Virus genome (UHGV): UHGV-0211472 | Source: a virus | DNA length: 64,000 bases | Reading direction: 5' to 3' (one strand) | In this document: piece by piece, positions 49,186-58,257 of the stretch | How the letters are laid out: each line of letters opens with the position of its first letter | Position numbering within the stretch: position 1 is the first letter of the stretch | The notes under the pieces: model-generated | Databases searched by the model: none | Told to the model about the DNA's origin: nothing | The model's input: only the letters and a program-made list of their open reading frames with translations | Made by a program: the position numbers and the translations under genes

Positions 49186-49445
49186 TTTCTCAATCCTACC
49201 TTACGTAGTACACGGCCTAACGTTGTTTCTTGCGTGATGGTATAACTAATCGCTTCACGTTCTAACGTCTCAATCTTCATTGGCGACGGATACCATTCAC
49301 CGGTAAGCATACATTTATATTCAATGCCATACTTCTTAGATAGGCGGTAATGTTGACCGTTTCGAAGGTTTCTGTAGATCGTGGTATGTGTAGTTAACAT
49401 AGTCATCACCTTTGATTGGATTCTTTGATTAATGCACTGAATCAA
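49182..49445 (-). CDS. Hypothetical protein
   Basis: 87 aa ORF. Confidence 0.35.
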   Translation of the reverse strand: MIQCINQRIQSKVMTMLTTHTTIYRNLRNGQHYRLSKKYGIEYKCMLTGEWYPSPMKIETLEREAISYTITQETTLGRVLRKVGLRK

Positions 49446-49454
49446 TGCACTGAT

Positions 49455-49500
49455 AAAAGAAAAGGCGCTACCCGTTAAGATAGCGCCTTATGTTTATTTA
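49455..49500. terminator. Rho-independent terminator
   Basis: AGGCGCTA-cccgttaaga-TAGCGCCT stem flanked by AAAAGAAAA and TATGTTTATTT, downstream of 49512..50420 stop. Confidence 0.45.
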
Positions 49501-49511
49501 AATTGTCTTAC

Positions 49512-50420
49512 TTATGCTGCCTGACGTGCTGCCATAATTTCAGCCGCTTTGCGCAGTACTTCTTCCTCTTCTGCTTTCGCAGCTTGCTCGGTACGAGTAG
49601 CAACCGTTGAAGAGATACGACCGCGCAGACTTTCTAACTTCTCCTGCATAGCTGCAACAGCCTTTTCCATTTCATCAGCGTATGAATCAAGTGATTCCAA
49701 TTCCTTGCTTGATGCGTTCATCAGGTAGTCATCAGAGATTGCTACCGTTGAGGCCGTGACTTTCTTGATGAGTGAATCAAAGGACTTTTTAACTTTGCCG
49801 ACTTCTTCGCTCAGGGCAATAGTGTTATCACTAGTTGCGCCGTTGCGCTCATCAGCTAGTAATTTAGCTTCAATACGGATTGCATTCAAGCGTTCAACCA
49901 AAGCGTAAATATCTTGGTTAAAATCTTCCTTGTTTTTCGCCGGGATTTGCAGGTGTGCCGCTACGTTGTCGTTGCAACCTTTGTAGAAGTTAGGATTATC
50001 AACTTCAATTTCACGACCTAAAGCAAAGTTTTCGAAAGCGTTTGACCAGCGAGCGCGGTTTTGTTCCATTTTGGTCTTAATCTGCGCTTCTTTCGCATCT
50101 TCTTTCGCTTTCGCTTCACCTTCCAGATTAATCCACTTTTTACGACCATTTGCCGCATCGGTGTTAAACTTGATAGGGGTTAAGAAAGTGATTGCGGTAG
50201 CAATAACATCCATATCGCGGAAGCGTTCAGTTAACAGGAAATCAACCGCCGTCTGTAATACGTCCAGTTTCTTACCGTTGCTGCGGAAGTGCTGCAAATG
50301 ACCTAACAGGAAGTTAGAAACATCTTGTTTGATCGCCGCGTTATTGCTACGAATGTTGTTAGCCAGAGCATTAAAACCGGATTCGTTAACCAGAGTAAAG
50401 ATTTTAGCCATGATATTCAC
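49512..50420 (-). CDS. Hypothetical early protein
   Basis: 302 aa; first ORF downstream of the 1.6 kb ORF-free region; Ala/Lys/Glu-rich helical C-terminus. Confidence 0.45.
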   Translation of the reverse strand: MNIMAKIFTLVNESGFNALANNIRSNNAAIKQDVSNFLLGHLQHFRSNGKKLDVLQTAVDFLLTERFRDMDVIATAITFLTPIKFNTDAANGRKKWINLEGEAKAKEDAKEAQIKTKMEQNRARWSNAFENFALGREIEVDNPNFYKGCNDNVAAHLQIPAKNKEDFNQDIYALVERLNAIRIEAKLLADERNGATSDNTIALSEEVGKVKKSFDSLIKKVTASTVAISDDYLMNASSKELESLDSYADEMEKAVAAMQEKLESLRGRISSTVATRTEQAAKAEEEEVLRKAAEIMAARQAA

Positions 50421-51227
50421 CTTTCAATTGTAAGGGCACTTTGCCCCGCTCTCTATGAGCTTGCTTAAGTCACTATTAACTTAACTCTAACCACTCACTA
50501 TTAAGTAGTTATAGGTAAGTGGAGCGGTCTTATCAGGAATTAACCTTGCCGCTCCCTTATCCGTGATGTTTCATCTGGTATCTTTAATTAGTCGCTATAA
50601 ACAAAGCCGACCTGATAGCGATGATCAATCATCACAATAAGGCAGTGCGTCCGACTCTAATTAGTTACGTTATTGTAACCGTCGGCAATATCGTCTACTT
50701 TGCTTTCGCTCTCGCCTATCCTTTTGTATCAACTCTCAATCGCTAGTCATCGCCCACTACGGGATACTATTGCGAAAGAGTCATTGACCGTCTAATATTC
50801 CGACGTTTTATATCTTTCAGCGAGTTTACTACATAAACCGACTATGTACTTTCATCATGAGATGAATCTCAAGCCGTTCACATTGTAAACGTTCACACTA
50901 AACCTTATTGTTAAATAGCAATTTGCCACTTTTTAACCACTCCCCGCCGCTCTCAATTGAGCGTTAATTCGTCGGACTTATCTACCCTGATTAACTTCTT
51001 TCACCGTAGCGCCTTGTTAGCGATGACCGCCGCTACCCTTAACCGTGGGCGATTAGCTTAAGTCGATGCGTGCACTCGATGAATCTGCTTATCAGTGGTG
51101 ATGTTTCCAGTAAGGGATTGTAAGGCTGTTTTCTCTGATAGTTTAGAGAGTCTTACACCGTTTTATCTGGTATGCTTTCCGATGGTTATTATCATCAAGC
51201 ATATTCAACCGATATAGGAGAACGTTT

Positions 51228-51610
51228 AAATTGTTAAAGAGCGGTAAATCTATCAGCGCGCTTTCTCACGCTATGCAACTGTTAGCCGTTGTTACGCTAT
51301 TCACTGAAGCGGTGATTTGCTTAAGTGATGCTCATTATGAATCATGTTGTTTTAGCTGTCAACCACTTTTTTAATCTTTTTCGTCGTTCCCGTTATTGGG
51401 AGGATATACCAATCAGCTTTATTCGATTGGAGATTAAGCGGTAAGGCTTAACTTATGATTCATATTTTTAAAGAGCGGTTACTACATTCACAGCTTAACA
51501 CATCGTGTTAGCTTGTCAACTCTTTTTATCATCTTCTTTGAATTCCTTTCCCTTATCTCGCGTGAATCTCTGCGAAAGGGCAAGATGATAAGTTTTTAAA
51601 GAGCAATTGC
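51228..51610. repeat. Three dispersed copies of TTTAAAGAGC(G/A) with nearby TTGTCAA and TTACTACAT motifs
   Basis: TTTAAAGAGC at ~51231, ~51468, ~51594; TTACTACAT at ~50826, ~51478, ~51641; TTGTCAA at ~51357, ~51514, ~51661. Confidence 0.35.
51334..51362 (-). promoter_or_regulatory. Candidate sigma70-type promoter (minus strand)
   Basis: Minus strand TTGACA - 17 nt - CATAAT. Confidence 0.3.
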
Positions 51611-51919
51611 AAGTTTCCTTGCTTTGTTTCTGATACCCATCTTACTACATTTGGGCATCTTGTCAATCTTTTTATTTCTTATCGATTACCTGTTTTTCGT
51701 ACGACTTATCAGGTTGTCTACTTGGCACTGCTTAACCGATGAATAGATAATAGTGGAAGTGAGGGAGGAAAGCAACACTTATTTTGATTATTTTCAGGGA
51801 AGGAAGATATAAAAGAACGCGCACGCGAATAACATACTAAAACAGGCTTGTAAAGCACTAGTTGACGCTCTCAGACGCATCACAACGAGCTAAAAGGAAG
51901 TAAGGCATACAATCACCTT

Positions 51920-51950
51920 ATAAAAGAGAAAAGCCTCACTAGGAGGCTTA
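51920..51950 (-). terminator. Rho-independent terminator
   Basis: Minus strand AAGCCTC-ctagt-GAGGCTT followed by TTCTCTTTTAT, downstream of 52025..52390 stop. Confidence 0.4.
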
Positions 51951-52024
51951 CAGGAAGGATTAGAGAATCAGATAGATTATGACCATAGGCATGACTACGG
52001 CACAATACAGGAGAAAGATTAAGC

Positions 52025-52390
52025 CTATGGATTTACACATTGACCGTTGCCGGATTTTATTTCGTTCATAGACTCGTCAAAGAGCGTCAACGACGAGCGC
52101 AACAAGTGATCGACCGTAATTTGTTTGCCAGTGGTTTCGTTAGTCATATAGATAGACTTGTCATAGACTACAACACTCTCAAAATCTTCTACATGTAAAA
52201 TAATAACTTTAGGTGACTGTTTACCAGTTTCATAATCTTCTATCAAATAGGTGCACTGTAGACCTTCGATAGTATCAGGTGTGAACGTTGCAGCCTTCAC
52301 ACTACCCATAGACGATAGCAGGACACCTAACAGGAGAACAACAAGGAAGAAGCCTACAACCGTTTTAACGACGAATTTAATAAACCACAT
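52025..52390 (-). CDS. Signal-peptide / membrane-anchored protein
   Basis: N-terminal hydrophobic segment VVGFFLVVLLLGVLLSSMGSVKAA. Confidence 0.4.
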   Translation of the reverse strand: MWFIKFVVKTVVGFFLVVLLLGVLLSSMGSVKAATFTPDTIEGLQCTYLIEDYETGKQSPKVIILHVEDFESVVVYDKSIYMTNETTGKQITVDHLLRSSLTLFDESMNEIKSGNGQCVNP

Positions 52391-52484
52391 AGCAGTAAAC
52401 CTTTTTAGTCAGAGAATGTAAGAATACAGCATATCAGCGACGAACAACGCTACCGTAACGACGAACAAGCAACGCCAAAAATAA

Positions 52485-52748
52485 TCATGAAGCATCATTG
52501 CTACCCTCGACAAAAAATACTATACTGATTTGTTCCACTTCTTCCAGCGACAGGAGAATCCCACGTTGAGCTAAATACTTCCCAATAGCGAGATAATCTT
52601 GCACTAAATAGACCGCAGGAAAGCTAACGGTTTTTATCTTACCCTTCGTAAGAAAAGACAAATAAGCATAGTCGATTGACTCATCAAAGGAGAGCGTAAC
52701 GCCACCGTAATTATGCGTATCAATCAGCGCAATAGTTTCATTACCCAT
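52485..52748 (-). CDS. Hypothetical protein
   Basis: Track ORF 52485..53015 overlaps lipoprotein gene by 160 nt; shortened to internal ATG; start uncertain. Confidence 0.25.
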   Translation of the reverse strand: MGNETIALIDTHNYGGVTLSFDESIDYAYLSFLTKGKIKTVSFPAVYLVQDYLAIGKYLAQRGILLSLEEVEQISIVFFVEGSNDAS

Positions 52749-52854
52749 TGGTATCACACTCCCAAAACAACTAACAGATAGTAAGCGATTGCAGTAGCAA
52801 TCACCGTGAAAATTAAAGATAAAATGGTTGAGCTGGTATTGCAAACCATTCTTT

Positions 52855-53184
52855 TTAAATGTCCCATTCTTTACCTTTAGTGGAAGTGTTGCCACCGCAA
52901 TGAGTTGCTCGGGAGATAAAGTCTGACTTCTTCCAATCAGCTTGTGTTTCCATATCACGCTCACGATAGGCTTTCTCATCAACAGATCCACCATTAGAGC
53001 AGCTAGCACCTTCATACTTCATATCAATTTCACCAGAAGGAACCTTAACCCCATCTTTCCAACGCATTACACAAGTACCCTCAACTCCCAGAGCACACCA
53101 ACCGTTGGGACGCGGAGAAGAAGAACATCCAACAGTTGAGAGAACAGCTACAGATAAAAGAGCAGATGCAATCAGAGTTTTCAT
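52855..53184 (-). CDS. Lipoprotein
   Basis: MKTLIASALLSVAVLSTVGCSS: signal peptide with lipobox L-S-T-V-G-C; start moved to this ATG. Confidence 0.45.
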   Translation of the reverse strand: MKTLIASALLSVAVLSTVGCSSSPRPNGWCALGVEGTCVMRWKDGVKVPSGEIDMKYEGASCSNGGSVDEKAYRERDMETQADWKKSDFISRATHCGGNTSTKGKEWDI

Positions 53185-53253
53185 TGTCTTGATTCCTTTA
53201 GTGTTGTCTTGATGAGGTAATAATACTGCCAATCAATAACCGTGTCAACAACT

Positions 53254-53730
53254 TTATTTTGCTTTAACACAATCACCCATCTGGAAGCGGAACGTCCAGA
53301 TACTATTATCAGCAGCATAGACGGAAGTGGCTAACATGGTTTCTTGCATTGTGCCATACGTTACCAGATTAGTCACAACTTTAGAGCCTTTGATAGTCTG
53401 CACATCGCCAAAGGTAATCAACTCAGGGTCATTGTCTTTGCGAGAAAGGAGAATATCCTCATTGTTCTGATTGTCAAGTGTATGAGTAGACAGCACCATA
53501 CCACGATTGGTTACGTTAGATAACTTAACCTTCATCAACGTAGTGACATTATCTGAATCCAACCCTTTACAAACCATCCAACCTTTAGGAGCGTTGCTAA
53601 CGAATGTATCAGCAGCATCATTCACAACTACAGCAGCTTGAGCAACTGGAGCACTAGCAATCTTGTCAGCGATAGCCATGCTACCGAAGGTTAATATCAG
53701 AGCACCGATTACAAAGTTTGACTTAGTCAT
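53254..53730 (-). CDS. Secreted protein
   Basis: N-terminal signal peptide MTKSNFVIGALILTFGSMAIA; first gene downstream of a strong promoter. Confidence 0.45.
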   Translation of the reverse strand: MTKSNFVIGALILTFGSMAIADKIASAPVAQAAVVVNDAADTFVSNAPKGWMVCKGLDSDNVTTLMKVKLSNVTNRGMVLSTHTLDNQNNEDILLSRKDNDPELITFGDVQTIKGSKVVTNLVTYGTMQETMLATSVYAADNSIWTFRFQMGDCVKAK

Positions 53731-53771
53731 GATTGATTCCTTTAGTTGGTATGCTTCGTTTCAATGAGATA

Positions 53772-53800
53772 ACTATACTTCTTACTACACAACAAGTCAA
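53772..53800 (-). promoter_or_regulatory. Sigma70-type early promoter (minus strand)
   Basis: Minus strand TTGACT - 17 nt - TATAGT, ~40 nt upstream of AAGGAA RBS and ATG at 53730. Confidence 0.45.
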
Positions 53801-54090
53801 CAACTAATTTTAATTCTTTTATGATTCACGATGTAGCCTGAGCAACCGCAGTTCTCAGAGAGCCATTACTCACTTGGCTTCTCCAGTGACCCGATAGTGT
53901 TCCAGCCTTAGCCAGTCAATCGCGGAGTCCTTACATCTAATCACTTTCCACTACTTAGGACGATTATCCTTCATGGAACCTACTACTATCTAGCTACTTG
54001 GTATCGCTACTTCGCTTCGATGAATACAATTTACTACTTCTTACTAAGGAAAGCAAGCGCTACGGGTAAAATATTTCTACTATCTATATA

Positions 54091-54539
54091 GGACGGGGAG
54101 ATAACAACCGCAGGACAGACCACGGGGAAGGGTAGCCAGATAGTGCGGTAATAATATACCACTTAAATAATTGTATAACTCAAACATCAAAGACCGTTCG
54201 TACTACGTACTCACCATTCGCTACGCTCATGTACGCTGAAAAAGAAAGTAATAAAAGAATATAATAAACATCAAACATAATCTTTCCACTTAATTAATAC
54301 ATACATCATTATTGCACTCATAATAACAACTATTGAAACTATTATCAACGTAACTATGGGGGCTTGTGACTGTTACTCATGGGCATTATATCGCCTTAAT
54401 CTATTGGTACAGTGGAAGACCATTATCAGTGCTAGCCTTTCATCCATTCAGTAAAGGGGAACTAAATAAACGGGTAGGTAATGAATAGGATGGTATACAC
54501 GGGGAAAGAATAACGGGGAGTAGGCACGGGGAAGGTTGG
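54091..54539. repeat. Dispersed ACGGGGA(A/G) repeats in divergent regulatory region
   Basis: GGACGGGGAGATAAC (~54091), CACGGGGAAGGGTAG (~54121), ACACGGGGAAAGAATAACGGGGAGTAGGCACGGGGAAGG (~54497-54535). Confidence 0.4.
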
Positions 54540-54962
54540 AACGTTGAAAGGGAAGGTAAAGGCATTCCCATATGAGCTTTTTTAAATGAGGACTCCCCTT
54601 TTTTAGGAAACGCGCGGAAGCTGCCTAGCCCCACTCGGTCAAATTGAAATTTTAAACTGTTATATATAAGCTTGATAACTTTATTACGGGGTTGGATACT
54701 ACACATGAAGTAGTTCACTACGTTCAAGTAGCCTTAACGTGACATAGCCTTTATGGGAGTGCCTTAATGTGAGGTCCCCTTTATGTCTTAACTTTATCAG
54801 AGGGATTTATGACTGAAGATGAATATGGTAGCTTCTCTGAAGAAGACTACGAAAATGAATACAGGTATGCTCACGGGTATTAATGTGAGGAGGCCTTTAC
54901 GGGTAGGTAGTCATCAGAGAAGATGATGTGCCCTTTATACTTTCTACTCAGAGGAAAATAAT

Positions 54963-55073
54963 ATGGGATGGTTCCTGTTGGGTTTAATTCTTTTTGCCAC
55001 TGTTCCTATTGTTGCTGTGTTTGGTTGCATAGCCGCTGACTTATTGGGAATAAAGAAAGGAGATGAATTATGA
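54963..55073 (+). CDS. Small hydrophobic membrane peptide
   Basis: 36 aa MGWFLLGLILFATVPIVAVFGCIAADLLGIKKGDEL; GAGGAAA upstream; stop overlaps next start (ATGA). Confidence 0.3.
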   Translation: MGWFLLGLILFATVPIVAVFGCIAADLLGIKKGDEL

Positions 55074-55426
55074 GATTGGATTTAAGAGGTTGTACTAGGT
55101 CAGTTATATTGTTCAGAGGTTATGCTATCAAGATTCCTACTTTTAAATCTTGGAAGCTTTTCTTAAAAGGGATTCTTGCTAACCTACAAGAGAGACATTT
55201 CTCTGAGATGAAAGACCCCAACCTTTGTCCTGTAGTCTTCTCTGATAAGTTTGGTTTCTTAGTAATAATGAAGAGGTGTAAGGTGGTTAAGCACAAAGGA
55301 TTGTGGATGGCAGAGCTTCACACCTTGAAAGGCTCCCTTCCTAAAGAATTTTACCTGTCAGACCTTAAGCCAGAAAATTATGGATACCTAGGCGGACGGT
55401 TGGTTAAATTAGATTATGGAGATTGA
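55070..55426 (+). CDS. Hypothetical protein
   Basis: 118 aa ORF, first substantial gene of the rightward block. Confidence 0.4.
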   Translation: MRLDLRGCTRSVILFRGYAIKIPTFKSWKLFLKGILANLQERHFSEMKDPNLCPVVFSDKFGFLVIMKRCKVVKHKGLWMAELHTLKGSLPKEFYLSDLKPENYGYLGGRLVKLDYGD

Positions 55427-55650
55427 TCATGAATTTAATACTAGACTTTTTATCAGAGGTGATTCCACGGTTCAGAACAGAGACTTGCGCCTTTGTTAAG
55501 ATATCCCCTGAAGAATTAGAATGCATCGGTCGTCTGGTTGACTTGGATGACGATGAAGAATTTGATGCAACGATGGAAGTTAGTAGCCTAGGATGGTTAT
55601 TCTTCCGAGCGTTCACCACTATCAAACCACACACTTATAAGGAATATTAA
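55423..55650 (+). CDS. Hypothetical protein
   Basis: 75 aa ORF overlapping by 4 nt. Confidence 0.35.
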   Translation: MIMNLILDFLSEVIPRFRTETCAFVKISPEELECIGRLVDLDDDEEFDATMEVSSLGWLFFRAFTTIKPHTYKEY

Positions 55651-55653
55651 TTT

Positions 55654-56055
55654 ATGCTAGACTTAATCCACACTACTCGCCCTGATTCTAAAACTAAAAC
55701 ACAACCATCTACTCTGGAAGTAGTTGAATACGAATCTACTAAATATGATCACCTCCCTGACTATGCTCGTGCAATGATTGAGATGATTGAAGAAGCTGAA
55801 TATGAAATGCTCCATGATTACATTACCTCCAAAGATGAATGGCATCGTGATGTTCGCATCGAAGAAGATGGTACAGAAACAATTACGTGGATTCACAAGA
55901 GTGAGTTAGTAGACGACGCACTGCGAGACTACGAAAAATTTTTGGTCGACGGCTCTATTCTTTTAGAGGAAGAGAAGGGTGCAGAACTTCCGTGGGAAGG
56001 CGAGACGATTGCTCTTGGTAAGATGTTTAACCTGTCCGTTGGTGATTGTAAGTAA
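55654..56055 (+). CDS. Hypothetical acidic protein
   Basis: 133 aa ORF. Confidence 0.4.
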   Translation: MLDLIHTTRPDSKTKTQPSTLEVVEYESTKYDHLPDYARAMIEMIEEAEYEMLHDYITSKDEWHRDVRIEEDGTETITWIHKSELVDDALRDYEKFLVDGSILLEEEKGAELPWEGETIALGKMFNLSVGDCK

Positions 56056-56111
56056 TGTTTGCCTCCTTTGGGAGGCTTTTTGTGTTGTTGATAATGTAGA
56101 AGGAGTATAAA

Positions 56112-56585
56112 ATGTTTGGAGAAAACGGAGAACTCACACCTGCACAGGTAGCTGAGATTACAGGAAGATTACCCGGAGTAACGGAAGAACTTGAAGTCCG
56201 TGGTATGAACCCAAGCAATGGGAAGTTTCAAAAGGGAAATAAATTCGGACGACCCAAAGGTAGTAGAGGTAAACTGACACAATTAATGTTGGACCGTGTT
56301 GCTGCAAGTCATTTGTCTCCTGATGAAGTGTTAATTCAAATTTACGAAGATCCTAATATTCCACCTGATCTTAGATTCAAGGCTGCATCAAAAGTTGCAG
56401 ATCTGGTATATCCTAAGGCGGCCTCTGTTGAAGTTAAGATTGAGGAAGAGAATGTAATCAACGAAGAATCATTGAATGCACAAATCAAGGACTTCTTGAC
56501 TGGAGCACTTGGTATCGATGTTATGCCTCCAGAAGAAGATAACTCTGAGGACGCTGAAAAGGGGGAGGAAGCGGACGAGAGTTAA
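56112..56585 (+). CDS. Putative terminase small subunit
   Basis: 157 aa immediately upstream of terminase large subunit; basic GRPKGSRGK segment and acidic C-terminus; positional inference. Confidence 0.3.
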   Translation: MFGENGELTPAQVAEITGRLPGVTEELEVRGMNPSNGKFQKGNKFGRPKGSRGKLTQLMLDRVAASHLSPDEVLIQIYEDPNIPPDLRFKAASKVADLVYPKAASVEVKIEEENVINEESLNAQIKDFLTGALGIDVMPPEEDNSEDAEKGEEADES

Positions 56586-56654
56586 GTAAAGGAAAGAAGG
56601 GGAGGTTCTTTGACGAAGGGACTTTCCCTTTTCTATTTTTAAACTGGAGGAAGT

Positions 56655-58196
56655 ATGTCATTAGATAAACAAATTTATGAAGCTCTAACTGGTAACAACC
56701 TTAGTGTAGATGAAAAGAAAGCACTATTGAATATGTTGAAAGAGCGTGACCAATGGAGGAAGTATAATAGGATTTTGTCTTTCAAGGCGTATGACTTCCA
56801 AAAGAAATTTTATGCAGCAGGATTGAAGCATCGCTTTAGATTCTTGTGTGCAGCGAACCGTGTTGGTAAATCTTATAGTGAGGCATACGAGTTTGCTTGT
56901 CATGTCACAGGTCGCTACCCAACTTGGTGGACAGGATATAAATTTAAAAGACCTATCTTAGCATGGGCAGTTGGTATTACAGGGGATTCCACAAGGAAAG
57001 TATTGCAAAAGGAATTGTTTGGTACACCTATCGGAAAGGATACAAATTTATTAGGGACAGGTGTCATTCCTCGTGATGCTATCGTCATTGATACGATAGA
57101 ACGAGATGGTAACAAACTTCAAATCGTACAAATCAAACATCAAAATGAGAGAGGAGAGTTTGACGGTTTAAGTACATTAGAATTCCGTTCAACCCAACAG
57201 GGTGAACATACATTGATGGGTGCAACAGTTGACTACATTTGGTTAGACGAAGAAGATCCATACGAGTCTATGGCTATATTCGCACAGTGTGTCACACGTA
57301 CACTCACAACTAAAGGTCTAGTTACAATTACAGCTACACCAGAGAACGGTTTAACTGAACTGGTAGATAAATTTATGAAAGGTGAAGGAGATGAGAACAC
57401 GGGTTCTCTATATTTCCAGAATGCTTCTTGGTGGGATGCTCATGCAGACCTAGGTGGACATATCACTGACCAAGATATAAAAGATATGACTGAAGGTATT
57501 CCAGCGTGGCAATTAGAGATGCGTTCAAAAGGTATGCCATTGTTAGGAAGTGGTTTGATTTATGATGTATCGGATGACACAATTAAATGTGAACCATTCG
57601 AAATTCCTGATACGTGGAAACGTGTCTGTGCAATTGATATTGGTATTGATCACCCAACTGCTGCTGTTTGGACAGCTTACGACGCAAACACGGATACTAT
57701 CTATGTTTACGACTCATATAAAGAAGGTGGCTTTACTCCAGTGTATCATGCTCCAGCTATTAATGGTCGTGGTCAGTGGATTCCTGTCATCCTACCGCAT
57801 GACGCGGACAATATTGAGAAAGGTAGTGGTTCATCTGTTGCTCAATTCTATAAGAATGCAGGAGTTAATGTACAGAGTGATACCTTCTACAACAAAATTG
57901 GAATGGATGGTAAAAAGAACTTCTTTGTAGAACCGGGAATCACAGATATCCGAGAAAGAATGATGAGTGGACGCTTTAAAATCTTTAACACAGCCGCTAA
58001 CGCTAAGCTATTCGAAGAGAAAGCTAGATATCACCGTAAGGTTGGTAAGATTATTAAAGAACATGATGACTTAATGGATGCAATGCGCTATTCAGCGTGC
58101 TCTGTTACACATCGTGGTCGCTCTAAGCATGATGTTAGCTACGGAAGCGCTTCTTTGTATGAGGCAAACGTAAGCAGATGGAATCAGAGTTACTAA
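56655..58196 (+). CDS. Terminase large subunit
   Basis: 513 aa; N-terminal ATPase with deviant Walker A LCAANRVGKS and Walker B-like DYIWLDEED; acidic C-terminal nuclease-like motifs; directly upstream of portal. Confidence 0.8.
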   Translation: MSLDKQIYEALTGNNLSVDEKKALLNMLKERDQWRKYNRILSFKAYDFQKKFYAAGLKHRFRFLCAANRVGKSYSEAYEFACHVTGRYPTWWTGYKFKRPILAWAVGITGDSTRKVLQKELFGTPIGKDTNLLGTGVIPRDAIVIDTIERDGNKLQIVQIKHQNERGEFDGLSTLEFRSTQQGEHTLMGATVDYIWLDEEDPYESMAIFAQCVTRTLTTKGLVTITATPENGLTELVDKFMKGEGDENTGSLYFQNASWWDAHADLGGHITDQDIKDMTEGIPAWQLEMRSKGMPLLGSGLIYDVSDDTIKCEPFEIPDTWKRVCAIDIGIDHPTAAVWTAYDANTDTIYVYDSYKEGGFTPVYHAPAINGRGQWIPVILPHDADNIEKGSGSSVAQFYKNAGVNVQSDTFYNKIGMDGKKNFFVEPGITDIRERMMSGRFKIFNTAANAKLFEEKARYHRKVGKIIKEHDDLMDAMRYSACSVTHRGRSKHDVSYGSASLYEANVSRWNQSY

Positions 58197-58257
58197 AGTA
58201 AGGGGGAGGTTTATCCTCCCTTCTTTTATTTAAGCTATCAACCGAGGGAGAGAATCG

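Noticed and set aside
50490-50512. T7-class promoter (CCACTCACTATTAAG resembles the GACTCACTATAGG core)
   Set aside because: Single occurrence, and no single-subunit RNA polymerase gene is present in the window; mentioned only as a note
54091-54539. CRISPR array from the ACGGGGA(A/G) repeats
   Set aside because: Repeats are only 8-9 nt with irregular spacing (10 to 380 nt); no regular repeat-spacer periodicity and no cas genes
55070-55426. Protein kinase assignment for the 118 aa product (YAIKIP ... VKLDYGD resembles kinase motifs)
   Set aside because: Too short for a kinase fold and similarity limited to two short strings; left as hypothetical
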